A DNA stretch of 27,427 nt from a virus (Duplodnaviria > Caudoviricetes), in IMG/VR virus record IMGVR_UViG_3300042475_004296, positions 1-27,427 of that record; one strand, 5' to 3'. The translations under genes were made by a program, and so were the position numbers. The notes under the pieces were generated by a model that ran no database searches, was not told the DNA's origin, and saw nothing but the letters and a program-made list of their open reading frames with translations. Positions 26,361-27,427 of the stretch are shown piece by piece (position 1 is the stretch's first letter; the number at the start of each line of letters is the position of its first letter).

Positions 26361-26383
26361 ATTTTTCTTATAGTATAAAAATA

Positions 26384-27256
26384 ATGAATAAAAAAAATCT
26401 TTATTCCAGTTCTCCAAAAAGATTATTTACTTTTGGGTGTAGTTTTACTGATTATGCTTGGGCAACGTGGGCAAATATACTTGGATTTGAATTGAATAAA
26501 ACTACTGGATGTGAATTTTATAATTTTGGTAAATGTGCATCTGGTAATACATACATAGCAAATATTATTTCTCAGGTAGATCAACATTATAATTTTAATT
26601 CAGATGATCTTGTAATTGTTTGTTGGACAAGTATCACAAGAGAAGATAGGTGGATAACCGATAGATGGGAATGCCACGGCAACATATACTCACCAAACAC
26701 AATATACGATAAAGTTGTTGTTGAAAAAATAGCAGATATTTTTCATTTTTTAATGAGAGATTTGTCTAATATAAAACTTGTAGATTCTTTGTTGAAAGAT
26801 AAAACACAATACCATTTTCTTTCGATAAAAAACTTATTAAATGATAAATTGCATACTAATAAAAATTATTATAAATTAAAAAAAAATTATAAAAATATAA
26901 TTGATAAAATATATCCTAGTTATTCTGAGGTTTTGTGGAAAAATGATATTAGAATAAAAACTTATAATGACAAAAATATCTTCCATAAAAATTATGTAGA
27001 AGGACATCCATCTCCATTAGAGCATTTTAAATATTTGTGTAATATCTTTGATTATAATTTTTCAGATGATACTAAAGATGTTGTGGAAAAAATCAACGAT
27101 GAATATAGAAATTTAATTATAGATTTGTATTCTGACCAAGACAAAGAATGTCATCCAGCAGATTTGCCCGAAGAAAAGCTAAATGAATATCATTTAAGAT
27201 GTCGAAATTTTTTAATATATAATTCTAAAAAGTTATCTGATCTAATAATTGTATAG
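26384..27256 (+). CDS. Hypothetical protein with SGNH/GDSL-hydrolase-like motifs
   Basis: FGCSFT (block I-like), NFG...SGN, GHPSPLEH (block V-like). Confidence 0.6.
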   Translation: MNKKNLYSSSPKRLFTFGCSFTDYAWATWANILGFELNKTTGCEFYNFGKCASGNTYIANIISQVDQHYNFNSDDLVIVCWTSITREDRWITDRWECHGNIYSPNTIYDKVVVEKIADIFHFLMRDLSNIKLVDSLLKDKTQYHFLSIKNLLNDKLHTNKNYYKLKKNYKNIIDKIYPSYSEVLWKNDIRIKTYNDKNIFHKNYVEGHPSPLEHFKYLCNIFDYNFSDDTKDVVEKINDEYRNLIIDLYSDQDKECHPADLPEEKLNEYHLRCRNFLIYNSKKLSDLIIV

Positions 27257-27265
27257 TATTATACA

Positions 27266-27296
27266 AGACCTCTTGACTAAATACGTCAAGAGGTCT
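27266..27296. repeat. Perfect 12-bp inverted repeat
   Basis: AGACCTCTTGAC-taaatac-GTCAAGAGGTCT. Confidence 0.9.
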
Positions 27297-27301
27297 ATGG
27301 T
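27273..27301 (+). promoter_or_regulatory. Sigma70-like promoter with a nested late-promoter-like CTAAATA
   Basis: TTGACT-17 bp-TATGGT. Predicted +1 at about 27307-27308, directly before the structured RNA. CTAAATA at 27277-27283. Confidence 0.6.
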
Positions 27302-27308
27302 GACCTTA

Positions 27309-27403
27309 CGTTCATCAGAGGAAACTCTGACGCAAGTAGGACGGCGGAACGGTACGTTCATTCGCTATTCGCAAATAGCGAACGCAAACCGCCCGAAGGA
27401 ACG
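27309..27403 (+). ncRNA. Tandem glutamine-riboswitch-like (glnA motif / Downstream-peptide type) structured RNA
   Basis: Two CGTTCA-[hairpin]-CGCAA...GGAACG units (27309-27351 and 27355-27403), hairpins TCAGAG-GAAA-CTCTGA and TTCGCTATT-CGCA-AATAGCGAA, and E-loop elements AGTA and GAA. GC-rich island in AT-rich DNA. Confidence 0.75.
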
Positions 27404-27427
27404 GGACCTAAAAATCTCATTTCTTTG

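Noticed and set aside
27309-27403. tRNA interpretation of the GC-rich structured segment
   Set aside because: No cloverleaf, T-loop consensus or acceptor stem. A glutamine-riboswitch-like layout fits better.

Overview
AT-rich, gene-dense segment of a T4-like cyanophage (myovirus) genome. The assignment is inferred from TATAAATA late promoters, glutaredoxin, speD, a bilin reductase and typical small cyanophage ORFs. The left third is a late-expressed structural block: the 3' part of a very long Ser/Thr/Gly repeat protein in frame +3 (absent from the ORF track), tail-fibre-like proteins, three tandem paralogous Cys/Gly-rich proteins (26-28 Cys each) and a tail-fibre-assembly-chaperone-like protein. 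Directly downstream is a dense cluster of modifying enzymes: a GT9-like glycosyltransferase, an almost complete ADP-heptose pathway (split HldE kinase and nucleotidyltransferase, HAD phosphatase, HldD epimerase, a cupin, no GmhA), a carbamoyltransferase, a flavin-dependent halogenase and four 2OG-Fe(II) oxygenase-like proteins. Further right are a second carbamoyltransferase, a sulfotransferase, a fifth oxygenase and an SGNH-like protein. The best candidate for an undescribed system is a phage-encoded decoration pathway (heptosylation, carbamoylation, halogenation, hydroxylation) acting on the adjacent fibre/adhesin proteins. The window ends with a promoter inside a palindrome, followed by an interlocked tandem glutamine-riboswitch-like RNA. 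All family calls come from motif recognition by eye, not database searches.
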